Shown here: one piece after another, positions 12,279 to 25,560 of the stretch | How the letters are laid out: every line of letters starts with the position of its first letter | How positions within the stretch are numbered: position 1 is the stretch's first letter | Source: Eledone cirrhosa | Lineage: Eukaryota | Direction: 5' to 3' | Length of the DNA: 64,000 bases | NCBI GenBank assembly: GCA_964016885.1 | Contig: OZ024745.1 | Coordinates: forward strand, 95,666,001 to 95,730,000 | Made by a program: the position numbers and the translations under genes | Notes under the pieces: generated by a model | Told to the model about the DNA's origin: nothing | The model's input: only the letters and a program-made list of their open reading frames with translations | Database searches by the model: none

Positions 12279-15200
12279 CAGTGCCACCTTTGTATGCCCC
12301 ATCAACACCAAACAGTGCCACCTTTGTATGCCCCATCAACACCAAACAGTGCCACCTTTGTATGCCCCATCAACACCAAACAGTGCCACCTTTGTATGCC
12401 CCATCAACACCAAACAGTGCCACTTTGTATGCCCCATCAACATCAAACAGTGCCACCTTTGTATGCCCCATCAACACCAAACAGTGCCACTTTGTATGCC
12501 CCATCAACACCAAACAGTGCCACCTTTGTATGCCCCATCAACACCAAACAGTGCCACCTTTGTATGCCCCATCAACACCAAACAGTGCCACTTTGTATGC
12601 CCCATCAACATCAAACAGTGCCACCTTTGTATGCCCCATCAACACCAAACAGTGCCACTTTGTATGCCCCATCAACACCAAACAGTGCCACCTTTGTATG
12701 CCCCATCAACACCAAACAGTGCCACCTTTGTATGCCCCATCAACACCAAACAGTGCCACCTTCGTATCCACCATCAACACCAAACAGTTCCACACCAAAC
12801 AGTGCCACTTTTGTATGCCCCATCAACACCAAACAGTGCCACTTTGTATGCCCCATCAACACCAAACAGTGCCACCTTTGTATGCCCCATCAACACGAAA
12901 CAGTGCCACTTTTGTATCCACCATCAACACCAAACAGTGCCACCTTTGTATGCCCCATCAACACCAAACAGTGCCACCTTCGTATCCACCATCAACACCA
13001 AGCAGTGCCACCTTCGTATGCCCCATCAACACCAAAGAGTGCCACCTTTGTATGCCCCATCAACACCAAAGAGTGTCACCTTTGTATGCCCCATCAACAC
13101 CAAACAGTGCCACCTTTGTATGCCCCATCAACACCAAACAGTGCCACCCTTGTATCCACCATCAACACCAAACAGTGCCACTTTGTATGCCCCATCAACA
13201 CCAAACAGTGCCACTTTGTATGCCCCATCAACACCAAACAGTGCCACTTTGTATGCCCCATCAACACCAAACAGTGCCACCTTTGTATGCCCCATCAACA
13301 CCAAACAGTGCCACCTTTGTATGCCCCATCAACACCAAACAGTGCCACCTTTGTATCCACCATCAACACCAAACAGTGCCACCTTTGTATGCCCCATCAA
13401 CACCAAACAGTGCCACTTTGTATGCCCCATCAACACCAAACAGTGCCACCTTTGTATGCCCCATCAACACCAAACAGTGCCACTTTTGTATGCCCCATCA
13501 ACACCAAACAGTGCCACCTTTGTATGCCCCATCAACACCAAGCAGTGCCACCTTCGTATCCACCATCAACACCAAATAGTGCCACTTTGTATGCCCCATC
13601 AACACCAAACAGTGCCACCTTTGTATGCCCCATCAACACCAAACAGTGCCACTTTGTATGCCCCATCAACACCAAACAGTGCCACCTTTGTATGCCCCAT
13701 CAACACCAAACAGTGCCACTTTTGTATGCCCCATCAACACCAAACAGTGCCACCTTTGTATGCCCCATCAACACCAAACAGTGCCACTTTTGTATGCCCC
13801 ATCAACACCAAACAGTGCCACCTTTGTATGCCCCATCAACACCAAACAGTGCCACCTTCGTATCCACCATCAACACCAAACAGTGCCACTTTTGTATGCC
13901 CCATCAACACCAAACAGTGCCACCTTTGTATGCCCCATCAACACCAAACAGTGCCACCTTTGTATGCCCCATCAACACCAAACAGTGCCACCTTTGTATG
14001 CCCCATCAACACCAAACAGTGCCACTTTTGTATGCCCCATCAACACCAAACAGTGCCACCTTTGTATGCCCCATCAACACCAAACAGTGCCACCTTTGTA
14101 TGCCCCATCAACACCAAACAGTGCCACCTTTGTATGCCCCATCAACACCAAACAGTGCCACTTTTGTATGCCCCATCAACACCAAACAGTTCCACCTTTG
14201 TATGCCCCATCAACACCAAACAGTGCCACCTTTGTATGCCCCATCAACACCAAACAGTGCCACCTTTGTATGCCCCATCAACACCAAACAGTGCCACCTT
14301 TGTATGCCCCATCAACACCAAACAGTGCCACCTTTGTATGCCCCATCAACACCAAACAGTGCCACCTTTGTATGCCCCATCAACACCAAACAGTGCCACC
14401 TTTGTATGCCCCATCAACACCAAACAGTGCCACCTTTGTATGCCCCATCAACACCAAACAGTGCCACCTTTGTATCCACCATCAACACCAAACAGTGCCA
14501 CCTTTGTATGCCCCATCAACACCAAACAGTGCCACCTTTGTATGCCCCATCAACACCAAACAGTGCCACCTTTGTATCCACCATCAACACCAAACAGTGC
14601 CACCTTTGTATGCCCCATCAACACCAAACAGTGCCACCTTTGTATGCCCCATCAACACCAAACAGTGCCACCTTTGTATCCACCATCAACACCAAACAGT
14701 GCCACCTTTGTATGCCCCATCAACACCAAACAGTGCCACCTTTGTATCCACCATCAACACCAAACAGTGCCACCTTTGTATGCCCCATCAACACCAAACA
14801 GTGCCACCTTTGTATGCCCCATCAACACCAAACAGTGCCACCTTTGTATCCACCATCAACACCAAACAGTGCCACCTTTGTATGCCCCATCAACACCAAA
14901 CAGTGCCACCTTTGTATCCACCATCAACACCAAACAGTGCCACCTTTGTATGCCCCATCAACACCAAACAGTGCCACCTTTGTATGCCCCATCAACACCA
15001 AACAGTGCCACCTTTGTATGCCCCATCAACACCAAACAGTGCCACCTTTGTATCCACCATCAACACCAAACAGTGCCACCTTTGTATGCCCCATCAACAC
15101 CAAACAGTGCCACCTTTGTATGCCCCATCAACACCAAACAGTGCCACCTTTGTATCCACCATCAACACCAAACAGTGCCACCTTTGTATGCCCCATCAAC

Positions 15201-17078
15201 ACCAAACAGTGCCACCTTTGTATGCCCCATCAACACCAAACAGTGCCACCTTTGTATGCCCCATCAACACCAAACAGTGCCACCTTTGTATGCCCCATCA
15301 ACACCAAACAGTGCCACCTTTGTATCCACCATCAACACCAAACAGTGCCACCTTTGTATGCCCCATCAACACCAAACAGTGCCACCTTTGTATGCCCCAT
15401 CAACACCAAACAGTGCCACCTTTGTATGCCCCATCAACACCAAACAGTGCCACCTTTGTATCCACCATCAACACCAAACAGTGCCACCTTTGTATGCCCC
15501 ATCAACACCAAACAGTGCCACCTTTGTATCCACCATCAACACCAAACAGTGCCACCTTTGTATGCCCCATCAACACCAAACAGTGCCACCTTTGTATGCC
15601 CCATCAACACCAAACAGTGCCACCTTTGTATCCACCATCAACACCAAACAGTGCCACCTTTGTATGCCCCATCAACACCAAACAGTGCCACCTTTGTATG
15701 CCCCATCAACACCAAACAGTGCCACCTTTGTATCCACCATCAACACCAAACAGTGCCACCTTTGTATGCCCCATCAACACCAAACAGTGCCACCTTTGTA
15801 TCCACCATCAACACCAAACAGTGCCACCTTTGTATGCCCCATCAACACCAAACAGTGCCACCTTTGTATGCCCCATCAACACCAAACAGTGCCACCTTTG
15901 TATGCCCCATCAACACCAAACAGTTCCACCTTTGTATGCCCCATCAACACCAAACAGTGCCACCTTTGTATGCCCCATCAACACCAAACAGTGCCACCTT
16001 TGTATGCCCCATCAACACCAAACAGTGCCACCTTTGTATCCACCATCAACACCAAACAGTGCCACCTTTGTATGCCCCATCAACACCAAACAGTGCCACA
16101 TTTGTATCCACCATCAACACCAAACAGTGCCACCTTTGTATGCCCCATCAACACCAAACAGTGCCACCTTTGTATGCCCCATCAACACCAAACAGTGCCA
16201 CCTTTGTATCCACCATCAACACCAAACAGTGCCACCTTTGTATGCCCCATCAACACCAAACAGTGCCACATTTGTATCCACCATCAACACCAAACAGTGC
16301 CACCTTTGTATGCCCCATCAACACCAAACAGTGCCACCTTTGTATGCCCCATCAACACCAAACAGTGCCACCTTTGTATCCACCATCAACACCAAACAGT
16401 GCCACCTTTGTATGCCCCATCAACACCAAACAGTGCCACCTTTGTATGCCCCATCAACACCAAACAGTGCCACCTTTGTATGCCCCATCAACACCAAACA
16501 GTGCCACCTTTGTATGCCCCATCAACACCAAACAGTGTCACCTTTGTATGCCCCATCAACACCAAACAGTGCCACCTTTGTATGCCCCATCAACACCAAA
16601 CAGTGCCACCTTTGTATCCACCATCAACACCAAACAGTGCCACTTTTGTATGCCCCATCAACACCAAACAGTGCCACCTTTGTATGCCCCATCAACACCA
16701 AACAGTGCCACCTTTGTATCCACCATCAACACCAAACAGTGCCACCTTTGTATGCCCCATCAACACCAAACAGTGCCACCTTTGTATGCCCCATCAACAC
16801 CAAACAGTGCCACCTTTGTATGCCCCATCAACACCAAACAGTGTCACCTTTGTATGCCCCATCAACACCAAACAGTGCCACCTTTGTATGCCCCATCAAC
16901 ACCAAACAGTGCCACCTTTGTATCCACCATCAACACCAAACAGTGCCACTTTTGTATGCCCCATCAACACCAAACAGTGCCACCTTTGTATGCCCCATCA
17001 ACACCAAACAGTGCCACCTTTGTATCCACCATCAACACCAAACAGTGCCACCATTGTATCCACCATCATCACCAAACA
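12279..17078. repeat. Tandem array, 34 bp unit CAGTGCCACCTTTGTATGCCCCATCAACACCAAA, about 141 copies
   Basis: Read directly; 4800 bp, contiguous units with no spacers; 33 bp variants in the left part and a recurring TATCCACC variant. Confidence 0.98.
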
Positions 17079-17664
17079 CAATGAACCAATTCTTTCTTCT
17101 TTTTCTTCACCAGTCAATTCCATTACAACCTTTGAAGCAATTGCATTTTCCAAGGAAATGAATAAAAAAAATTTTAAATTTAGATAATATTTCAACATGG
17201 TTCAAAGAATAATGTCAGTTTGAATTAATATAAAATCGAAGCTAAATATCACAGAATTATGTGGGTGCTAGTTTACACATTAAACTATTATCGAAAATTG
17301 TACGTGTATCTTCTCTTTTAGACCCGTATCTCCTGAGGGAGTTGAATGGGCACCATATTGACATATGGCATTTCTAGGGCCTTTTAAAACTAGGTGGAAC
17401 CCATCTCCTCTCCAAGGCTGAATACAGGAGATTTCTTCCAGAGAATGATAGAGAGTGAGAGAAAGGAAGTGAGAAATAGATATAGAGGAAGAATCAACCC
17501 CAGTATTAGAGTGGTAGTTTTTTTATTAACCTTAAATGAACAAAAGGCAAAGTTGACCTCGGTGAGATTTGAACTTAGTGAGCAGAGTCAGAATGAATTC
17601 TGAAAAGCATTCTATCCATCATCCTAACGAGACTGTCAATTCACTTTTACAACATGTATAATAA

Positions 17665-17915
17665 ATAATAATAATGAAATTATTGTGTACAGTGCTCAGG
17701 TGCACTACAACTCATCAAAGGTGCATGTATAGTACATAGAATAATAAAGTGTCAGGAAAATGAACAGTGTATGAGTCATGATATAATAAGAATAACAATA
17801 ATGAAATATTGTGTACAGTGCCCAGGTGCACCACAACTCATCAAAAAAGTGCATGTACAGTACATAGGGCAATGCACAAACATCAGTAAAATGAACAGTG
17901 CACGAGTCATGATAC
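17665..17915 (-). repeat. Two tandem ~127 bp copies of a retroposon 3' tail ending in (ATT)n
   Basis: AATAATGAAAT..TGTGTACAGTGC(T/C)CAGGTGCAC..CAACTCATCAAA..AAATGAACAGTG..GAGTCATGATA occurs twice. Confidence 0.6.
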
Positions 17916-18682
17916 ATGTGTGCATGTGTATGTATATTGAGAGCAATTAAAATTTGGAATATATGTATGATATGTATATGTTACATGGCGAAGTAATACA
18001 AAATACATATGTATTATACATATAACAATAAGAGAAATCTTCAAAAGTTTACTGTGATTAAAAGTATATAGTTACTAGAAGAAGATTGTTTTCACTTACA
18101 GTACATTTTAGAGGTGCTTTAGGGAAAGGTGGTTAATAAGCAATGATTATTAATAAGCTGTAAATATTGATGATATCTAAAGCAAACATAAAGGAAATAA
18201 CTATTCACGATAGAACTATTAATGGCTATTGTTCTCCAATCATATTTCTGTGCATCAAACCCACATAAACTAGATTATATATGAAACAATTATCAAACTT
18301 TATATAACAATTCATTCAAATTACTCTTGTATTTAGCACCAAGCCCCACTTGCATTAAAAGCTTCAAATATGCCAGTTCTGTTTATTAAATCTTTGAATC
18401 TTTGACGTTCTAGAGTGATGTACATTTGAGAATGTGTATAGAGACATATATCTATATACATATTTATATATACATATATATGTATACACATATATATATA
18501 TACACATATATATATATACACATATATATATATATACATATATATACAAGCAAATTATGAACGTAAACATGTAAGTATGTTTTGGAAACGGTGCGCGAGT
18601 TTAAAATTAGAAATTAGAAATTATAAGCTTTCACCGTATTTTAGACTAAAGAAATTTCTAGCTTGATAGTGGAGAAATGGAA

Positions 18683-18724
18683 AAAGATGAGTGTTGCCGT
18701 ACATGTACGGCAACACTCATCTTT
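18683..18724. repeat. Perfect 42 bp palindrome with no spacer
   Basis: AAAGATGAGTGTTGCCGTACA|TGTACGGCAACACTCATCTTT. Confidence 0.95.
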
Positions 18725-18881
18725 ATATATATATACATATATATATACATATATATACATATATATATATATATAAACGGAAAAAATGAAACGATATTTC
18801 ATTTCCCACTCTTAGTACGGCTGTTACTTAAATATAAGTATGTACACGTACATACATATATGTATACCGACGTACACTAGT

Positions 18882-19338
18882 ATGTATATATATATATACA
18901 TACATGCACACATATATATATGCACGTATGGATTCACCGAACATTTATTATAATGCTCGGTGTGTTTGTAAACAAACATCCCGTATTAAGCCGTAGTGTC
19001 TAGCAACCACCGTTGCTCGTTTGTTCAACACTGACAAAGGAACGGCCGATTAACCCACTCGATATGCAAATTGGGCTACTCAGCCATTAATATGCATAAG
19101 GTAAGTATATACGTTCAACAATCTGGCAGGAAGGTATACGTTGCTGACGATAGCTAACAAGCTTGAAACTAGTACAGCGTTCCTTTGTCAGTGTTGAACA
19201 AACGAGCAACGGTGGTTGCTAGACACTACGGGTTAATACGGGATGTTTGTTTACAAACACACCGAGCATTATAATAAATGTTCGGTGAATCCATACGTGC
19301 ATATATATATGTGTGCATGTATGTATATATATATACAT
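18882..19338 (+). mobile_element. Fold-back element, probably a Penelope-like inverted pseudo-LTR pair carrying a hammerhead
   Basis: About 160 bp arms (18882-19044 and 19178-19338) with one substitution in the unique part; 133 bp spacer holding most of a hammerhead; flanked by (TA)n. Confidence 0.75.
19138..19180 (+). ncRNA. Minimal type I hammerhead ribozyme (Penelope type)
   Basis: ACGUUG-CUGACGA-U-AGCU(AACA)AGCU-U-GAAA-CUAG-UA-CAGCGU: 6 bp stem I, intact core, 4 bp stem II, palindromic stem III ACUAGU, GUA cleavage after 19174. Confidence 0.85.
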
Positions 19339-19362
19339 ATATATATACATATATATATCTAC

Positions 19363-19393
<31 letters not shown>

Positions 19394-19396
19394 CAG

Positions 19397-19508
19397 TGAG
19401 GATACAGTGGTCACAGCATTGGATATTTGAGTTCTGCAAATAGTTGTAAATTTGCACATAGCATAACTAGGCTGTAGTACCACCGTGGAAACATTTGTAA
19501 GCACACGG
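19397..19508 (+). ncRNA. 5'-truncated hammerhead remnant with long stem II
   Basis: UGAGGA-UACAGUGGU..ACCACCGUG-GAAA-CAUUUG-UA; the first core C and the 5' strand of stem I are replaced by the (TA)n tract. Confidence 0.55.
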
Positions 19509-19552
19509 AATAAATTACCTTTTTATGATGTCTACCTGTTATTGTTCATTCT

Positions 19553-19938
<386 letters not shown>

Positions 19939-19960
19939 AACACTTATTAGCAAGACATAC

Positions 19961-20362
19961 CCGTTCCAAAGACCCTCATGTATAGATAAGAAATGTATAA
20001 CCTGTAAAATAAGCCCCCATATTAACTGTAAAACTAGAAATGTAGTATATAGCATAAGATGTACTGAAGGACAATGTAGAAACAAAAATATAGTGTACAT
20101 AGGTGAGACAGCTCGTAGTATAGGGGAACGAATAAATGAACACTGGCGAGACCTCCAAGATAATAAAGAATCATCTATGCTCTACCAACATGCTAAGATA
20201 GAACACAGGGGTAAATTAGAGAGCATAGAAATAAAAATAGAATCCACACACAAGAAAGACGCAATGTTTAGGCAAATTACAGAGGCAGTAAGCATAAAAG
20301 AATTAAAACCAAAATTAAATAGAAAATATGAGTGGAACAGCAACATCACAACTTACAATTAA
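19961..20362 (+). pseudogene. Penelope-like C-terminal GIY-YIG endonuclease with Cys-rich linker (Neptune/Nematis-like), frameshifted near 20038
   Basis: [26 protein letters not shown] / [66 protein letters not shown]. Confidence 0.85.
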
Positions 20363-20667
20363 GGACAAAATGAAAACACACACACACATAGAACAAACAA
20401 CTTACAATTGAAAACACACACAAAATGAAAACACACACAAGACAAAATGAAAACACACACACACATAGAACAAACAACCAACCAACAATAAATAAATAAA
20501 TAAACAAACAAATAGAAAAATATAAATAGAAAAATAGAAAAATGAACACAAACACACACAGACACCCGGATGTGGCGCATGCGCAAACTGAGCACGCAAC
20601 CCACACACAAACAAAATGGCGTAGGATAGAAGAAAGGAAAGGCACAGAAACGAAGAAAAGAATCCCC

Positions 20668-20712
20668 AGTCACTGAAGAGGTCACAGAGTGTGTGACGAA
20701 AGAACTATGACT
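20668..20712 (+). ncRNA. Minimal type I hammerhead ribozyme
   Basis: AGUCA-CUGAAGA-G-GUCAC(AGAGUGU)GUGAC-GAAA-GAAC-UA-UGACU: 5 bp stem I, 5 bp stem II, 2 bp stem III, cleavage after 20707. Confidence 0.82.
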
Positions 20713-20943
20713 ATATATATATATAAACAACTATCTGGTTGTGGAACCAACCAACCAACCAGAAATTTATAAATTTGTAAATTTATAAATATATAATAAA
20801 TTAAATTGAAGTGAAAGCAACTGGTGCGTGTGTTTCTTATTGGCAACGTGACCCTCCCAAAGTATAACAATATCGGTTTCAACACACGATTTCAGATAAA
20901 GAATCTTGCTAAACAAATTCAGAAACGAAATATATACATATAC

Positions 20944-20980
<37 letters not shown>

Positions 20981-21002
20981 CATACATATACATATACATA
21001 TA

Positions 21003-21056
<54 letters not shown>

Positions 21057-21059
21057 TAC

Positions 21060-21112
<53 letters not shown>

Positions 21113-21285
21113 CATATATACATATATATACATATATATATACATATATATATATACATATATATACATATATATATATATACATATATATACATATATA
21201 TACATATACATATATATATATACATATATATACATACATATATATACATATATACATATATATATACATATATATATATACATAT

Positions 21286-23400
21286 AAAGATATGAAGACG
21301 GGTAAAGCAGCTGAGCCTTCGGAAATAGTTGCTGAGATGCTGAAAGCCTCTGGAACGGTGGGACACACCATGGTCACCCGGATAGTAAACCAAGTCATAC
21401 AGAATGGGGTTGTTCCGAAGGACTGGCATAGCAGCATCATCATTAACTGTTACAAGAGTAAAGGAGATGCCCTAGATAGGTGTAACTATAGAGGCATTAA
21501 ATTAATCGACCAGGTCATGAAGGTCACGGAAAAAGTAATAGCGCAACTAATCAGAGAGAGAATTGATCTAGATGAAATGCAGTTCGGGTTTGTGTCAGGC
21601 AAAAGTACCACAGACGCTCTTTTCATTGTACGACAACTACAGGAGAAGTACCTAGCTAAAAGTAAACCCCTATACTTAGCTTTTGTTGACTTGGAGAAAG
21701 CCTTCGACAGAGTCCCCCGTTCCATTATCTGGTGGGCTCTTAGAAAACTAGGTGTTGACGAATGGCTTGTGAGAGCTATACAAGCCATGTATAAAGAAAC
21801 AGTCAGCAAGGTTAGAATTAACAACGAATATAGTGAAGAGTTTAGCGTAAAAGTTGGTGTCCATCAGGGCTCTGTTCTTAGCCCCATACTATTTATTATT
21901 GCCCTTCAGGCTATAACAGAGGAGTTCAAGACCGGCTGCTCATGGAAACTCCTATACGCAGATGACTAACGCTCATAGCTGAATCAATGGCCGAACTAGA
22001 GAAGAAATTCCAAACATGGAAGCACGGCCTAGAATCAAAAGGCCTTAAAATTAACCTGGCTAAGACTAAAGTTCTAGTTTGTAGGAAAGAAAATAAGGCG
22101 GCGGTCCCTTCCGGGAAATGGCCATGCTCAGTGTGTAGGAAAGGCGTAGGTAGAAACTCCATTTTATGTCCCAAATGCAAAGTATGGGTGCATAAAAGAT
22201 GTAGTGGGATCACAGGTAAGCTAACTAAGAACATAGATTTTACATGTGGCCGGTGCTCTGCAGCAAGTGCCCACAGAATACTAGCTCTTTCAATTGCGCA
22301 GAGGGTTCTATAGAAATAGTGGACAGCTTCCGTTACCTGGGTGACAAAATCAGCAGTGGGGGAGGGTGCTCTGAAAGTACAGTAGCTAGAGTCAGAACTG
22401 GATGGAAAAAGTTCAGAGAGCTTATACCACTATTAGCTGCTAGAGGGTTCTCCCTAAAAATGAAAGGCTGGTTATACGATGCCTGCATACCAACGGCAAT
22501 GCTGCATGGCAGTGTGACCTGGGCATTGTGTGCAGAGGATATACGCAGACTAGAGAGGAACGAAGCTTGCATGCTCCGCTGGATGTGCAATAGTAATATA
22601 CGTGAATGGCTAAGCATAAACGAACTAAGGAAAAAATTAGAAATAAGAGGGATCAGATGTTGTTTACTCGAGAGAAGGCTACGTTGGTACGGTCACGTGA
22701 TGCGCATGAAAGACGACAGCTGTATAACAAAGTGCAGGGCAATAAAGATAGACGGTAGCCACGGAGTAGGCAGACCCAGAAAAACCTGGGACGACATGAT
22801 AAATTCCGAACTCACACGCTTACACCTCTCCAAGACAATGTCACTGGACCGAGACCTTTGGCGGTACTCGGTAATAGAGAAGACCCGCCTTACCTAAATA
22901 CAAAGTAAAAACCTACTACAGTCAGTAGGCATCTCTATCAAAACACACCCCCGTCCCACCACCCCCACCCCATCCACACCGCCCCTTTCAATGTAAAGTT
23001 ATGTTGGTGCCACAACATCCAGGCCGAAACAAATGAGATCGTGTAGGTGTCACGACAAAAAAACACACAGTCCACGCTGTAAATGTGGCCGTGTAGGCAA
23101 CACGGTAAAAACCTCCCAGCCCCACACTGTAAATGTGGTTGGTGTTAGGAAGGGCATCCAGCTGTAGAAAACCCGCCAGCCAGTCCACGCTGTAATGTGG
23201 CCGTCTAGGCAACACGGTAAAAACCTCCCAGCCCCACACTGTAAATGTGGTTGGTGTTAGGAAGGGCATCCAGCTCTAGAAAACCCGCCAGACAGTCCTA
23301 TGCGAGCAAGACAACCACTCTTGCCTCAAGTGGGAAAACCCCCGTCCAAACCCATGCAAGCATGGAACACGGACGCTAAACCTTGATGATGATGATGATG
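21286..23400 (+). mobile_element. RTE family A, 5'-truncated copy
   Basis: Near-identical to 2199-4329; 1 bp deletion after YADD (~21966) and 13 bp deletion (~22260); (GAT)n tail; inside a (TA)n tract. Confidence 0.95.
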
Positions 23401-23572
23401 AGATACATATATATATATACATATATATACATATATATATATACATATATATACATATATACATATATATATATATACATATATATATGCATATATATTT
23501 AAACATATATATATATACATATATATACACATATATATATAAACATATATATATATATACATATATATACAC

Positions 23573-23603
<31 letters not shown>

Positions 23604-23641
23604 CATATATATACACATATATATACATATATACACACACA

Positions 23642-23696
<55 letters not shown>

Positions 23697-23830
23697 TTAT
23701 ACATACATACATACACACATACATACATATATATATATATATACACACAAATACATATATACATACACACACACATACATATATATATATATCTACATAC
23801 ATCTGTATACATATTTTTATGTATATATAT

Positions 23831-25560
23831 ATCATCATCATCATCATCACCGTTTTACGTCCGTTCTTCCACGCTAGCATGGGTTAGACGGGTTGTTCTG
23901 TTGTGGGCAGTGTCTGGTCGGCTGACCATGCCTTGCTCATACAGGAACTGATTTGGCTTGATTTCTACAGCTGGATGCCCTTCCTAACACCAACCTCATT
24001 TACAGTGAGTGCTGGGTGCTTTTTCGTGGCGCCTACACGTCCACTTTACAGTGTGGGCTGGGTGCTTTTTTGCTGTGGCACCTCCACGACCACCTTGAAG
24101 TGGGAGGGTGTGGGGGCATATTGTCTATATGCTTCAGTTTGTACCCAGGGGAGGTCGGGTACTCTGTATTACTGCATGACGCCAGAGGTAACGGTCGTGT
24201 GTCATCGCCTTTGAGATGTGTAATTGGGTAAGGTCGGCTTTTATCACCTCATCCCAGGTCATCTTGGGTCTCCCCATTCCGCGGTTTCCATCGACTTCTA
24301 GTGCTCTGCACCTTTTTATGCAGCTGTCATCCTTCATACGCATCACATGTCCATACCAACGCAACCGCTTCTCCTGCACACAGCATTTGATTCCTCTTAT
24401 TCTCAGTCTCTCTTTCAATTCATTTATGCTTTTGTCGTTCGCATATATTACTTTTACACATCCATCGGAGCATGCAGGCTTCGTTTCTCTCTAATCTACG
24501 TAAGTCTTCCACCTTCAGCGCCCAGGTCTCACTACCATGTAACATTGCTGTTCGGATACACGCATCATACAGTCTGCCTTTCATTTTGAGGGAGAAGCCT
24601 TTTGCAGCTAGCAGTGGTAGTAGTTCCCTGAACTTCTTCCATCCCGTTCTTACCCTAGTTATTGTACTTTCTGAACACCCACCTCCGCTGCTAATTCGGT
24701 CACCTAGGTAGCAGAAGCTGTCTACTGTCTCTACAGAGCCCTCCCAGAGATTGGTGGTACTTGTTTCCTGTGGCTGTTTGCTGCTTGCTGTCCCAGTACA
24801 GCTGCTGCATGTGAAGCCTACATTCTTAATTAAGCTTCCTGAGATCCCGCTACATCTCTTGTGTACCCATTGTTTGCATTTGGGGCAGAGAATGGAGTTC
24901 CTACCTACACATTTCCTACATACTGAGCAAGGCCATTTCCCTGGGGGGATCTGGGTTCTGTTTTCTCGTCTACTTACAAGGACCTTAGTCTTTGTCATGT
25001 TGACTTTGAGACCCTTTCTTTCTAGTCCCTGCTTCCAAGTTTGGAATTTATTCTCTAGTTCTACCATAGATTCAGCTATAAGTGCGAGGTCATCAGCATA
25101 CAGGAGTTCCCATGGGCATCCGGTCTTAAACTCCTCCGTTATTGCCTGCAGGACTATGATGAACAGGAGAGGGCTAAGAACAGAGCCCTGGTGTACCCCA
25201 ACCTGTACGCTAAATTCCTCGCTATACTCATTGCTAATCCTAACTTTGCTGACTGCTCCCCTATACATGGCTTGTACAGCTTTTACAAGCTATTCATCTA
25301 CTCCTTGTTTTCTAAGAGCCGACCAGATTACAGCACGTGGAACTCTGTCAAAGGCTTTCTCGAGATCGACGAATGCCAGATAGAGTGGCTTACTTTTAGC
25401 TAGGTACTTTTCCTGTAACTGCCTCACAAGGAAGAGGGCATCAGTGGTGCCTCTTCCTGGTACAAACCCAAATTGCATCTCATCTAGTTTCACCCGGTCC
25501 CTAATCAACTGTGCTATAACTCTTTCTGTTACTTTCATGACCTGGTCCATCAGCTTCATA
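23831..25560 (-). mobile_element. RTE family B, 5'-truncated, also carrying the PHD insert
   Basis: Minus-strand ORFs 25290-25565, 24420-25268 and 24134-24418 give [52 protein letters not shown] and RLRWYGHV; (CAT)n tail at 23831. Confidence 0.93.

Larger units (their letters stand above)
19940..20712 (+). mobile_element. 5'-truncated Penelope-like element: GIY-YIG end, 3' UTR and terminal hammerhead
   Basis: Endonuclease remnant, then an A/C-rich UTR, then a hammerhead; (TA)n on both sides. Confidence 0.82.

Noticed and set aside
12279-17078. CRISPR array
   Set aside because: Units are contiguous with no unique spacers, no cas genes are present and the context is eukaryotic.
12281-17187. 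Giant ORFs of 432-1619 aa in three frames
   Set aside because: They follow from a stop-free 34 bp unit; 33 bp variants shift frame freely and there is no unique domain.
20860-20930. Minus-strand GAAACCGAUA as another hammerhead half
   Set aside because: No CUGANGA box or stem I partner, and stem III is mismatched.
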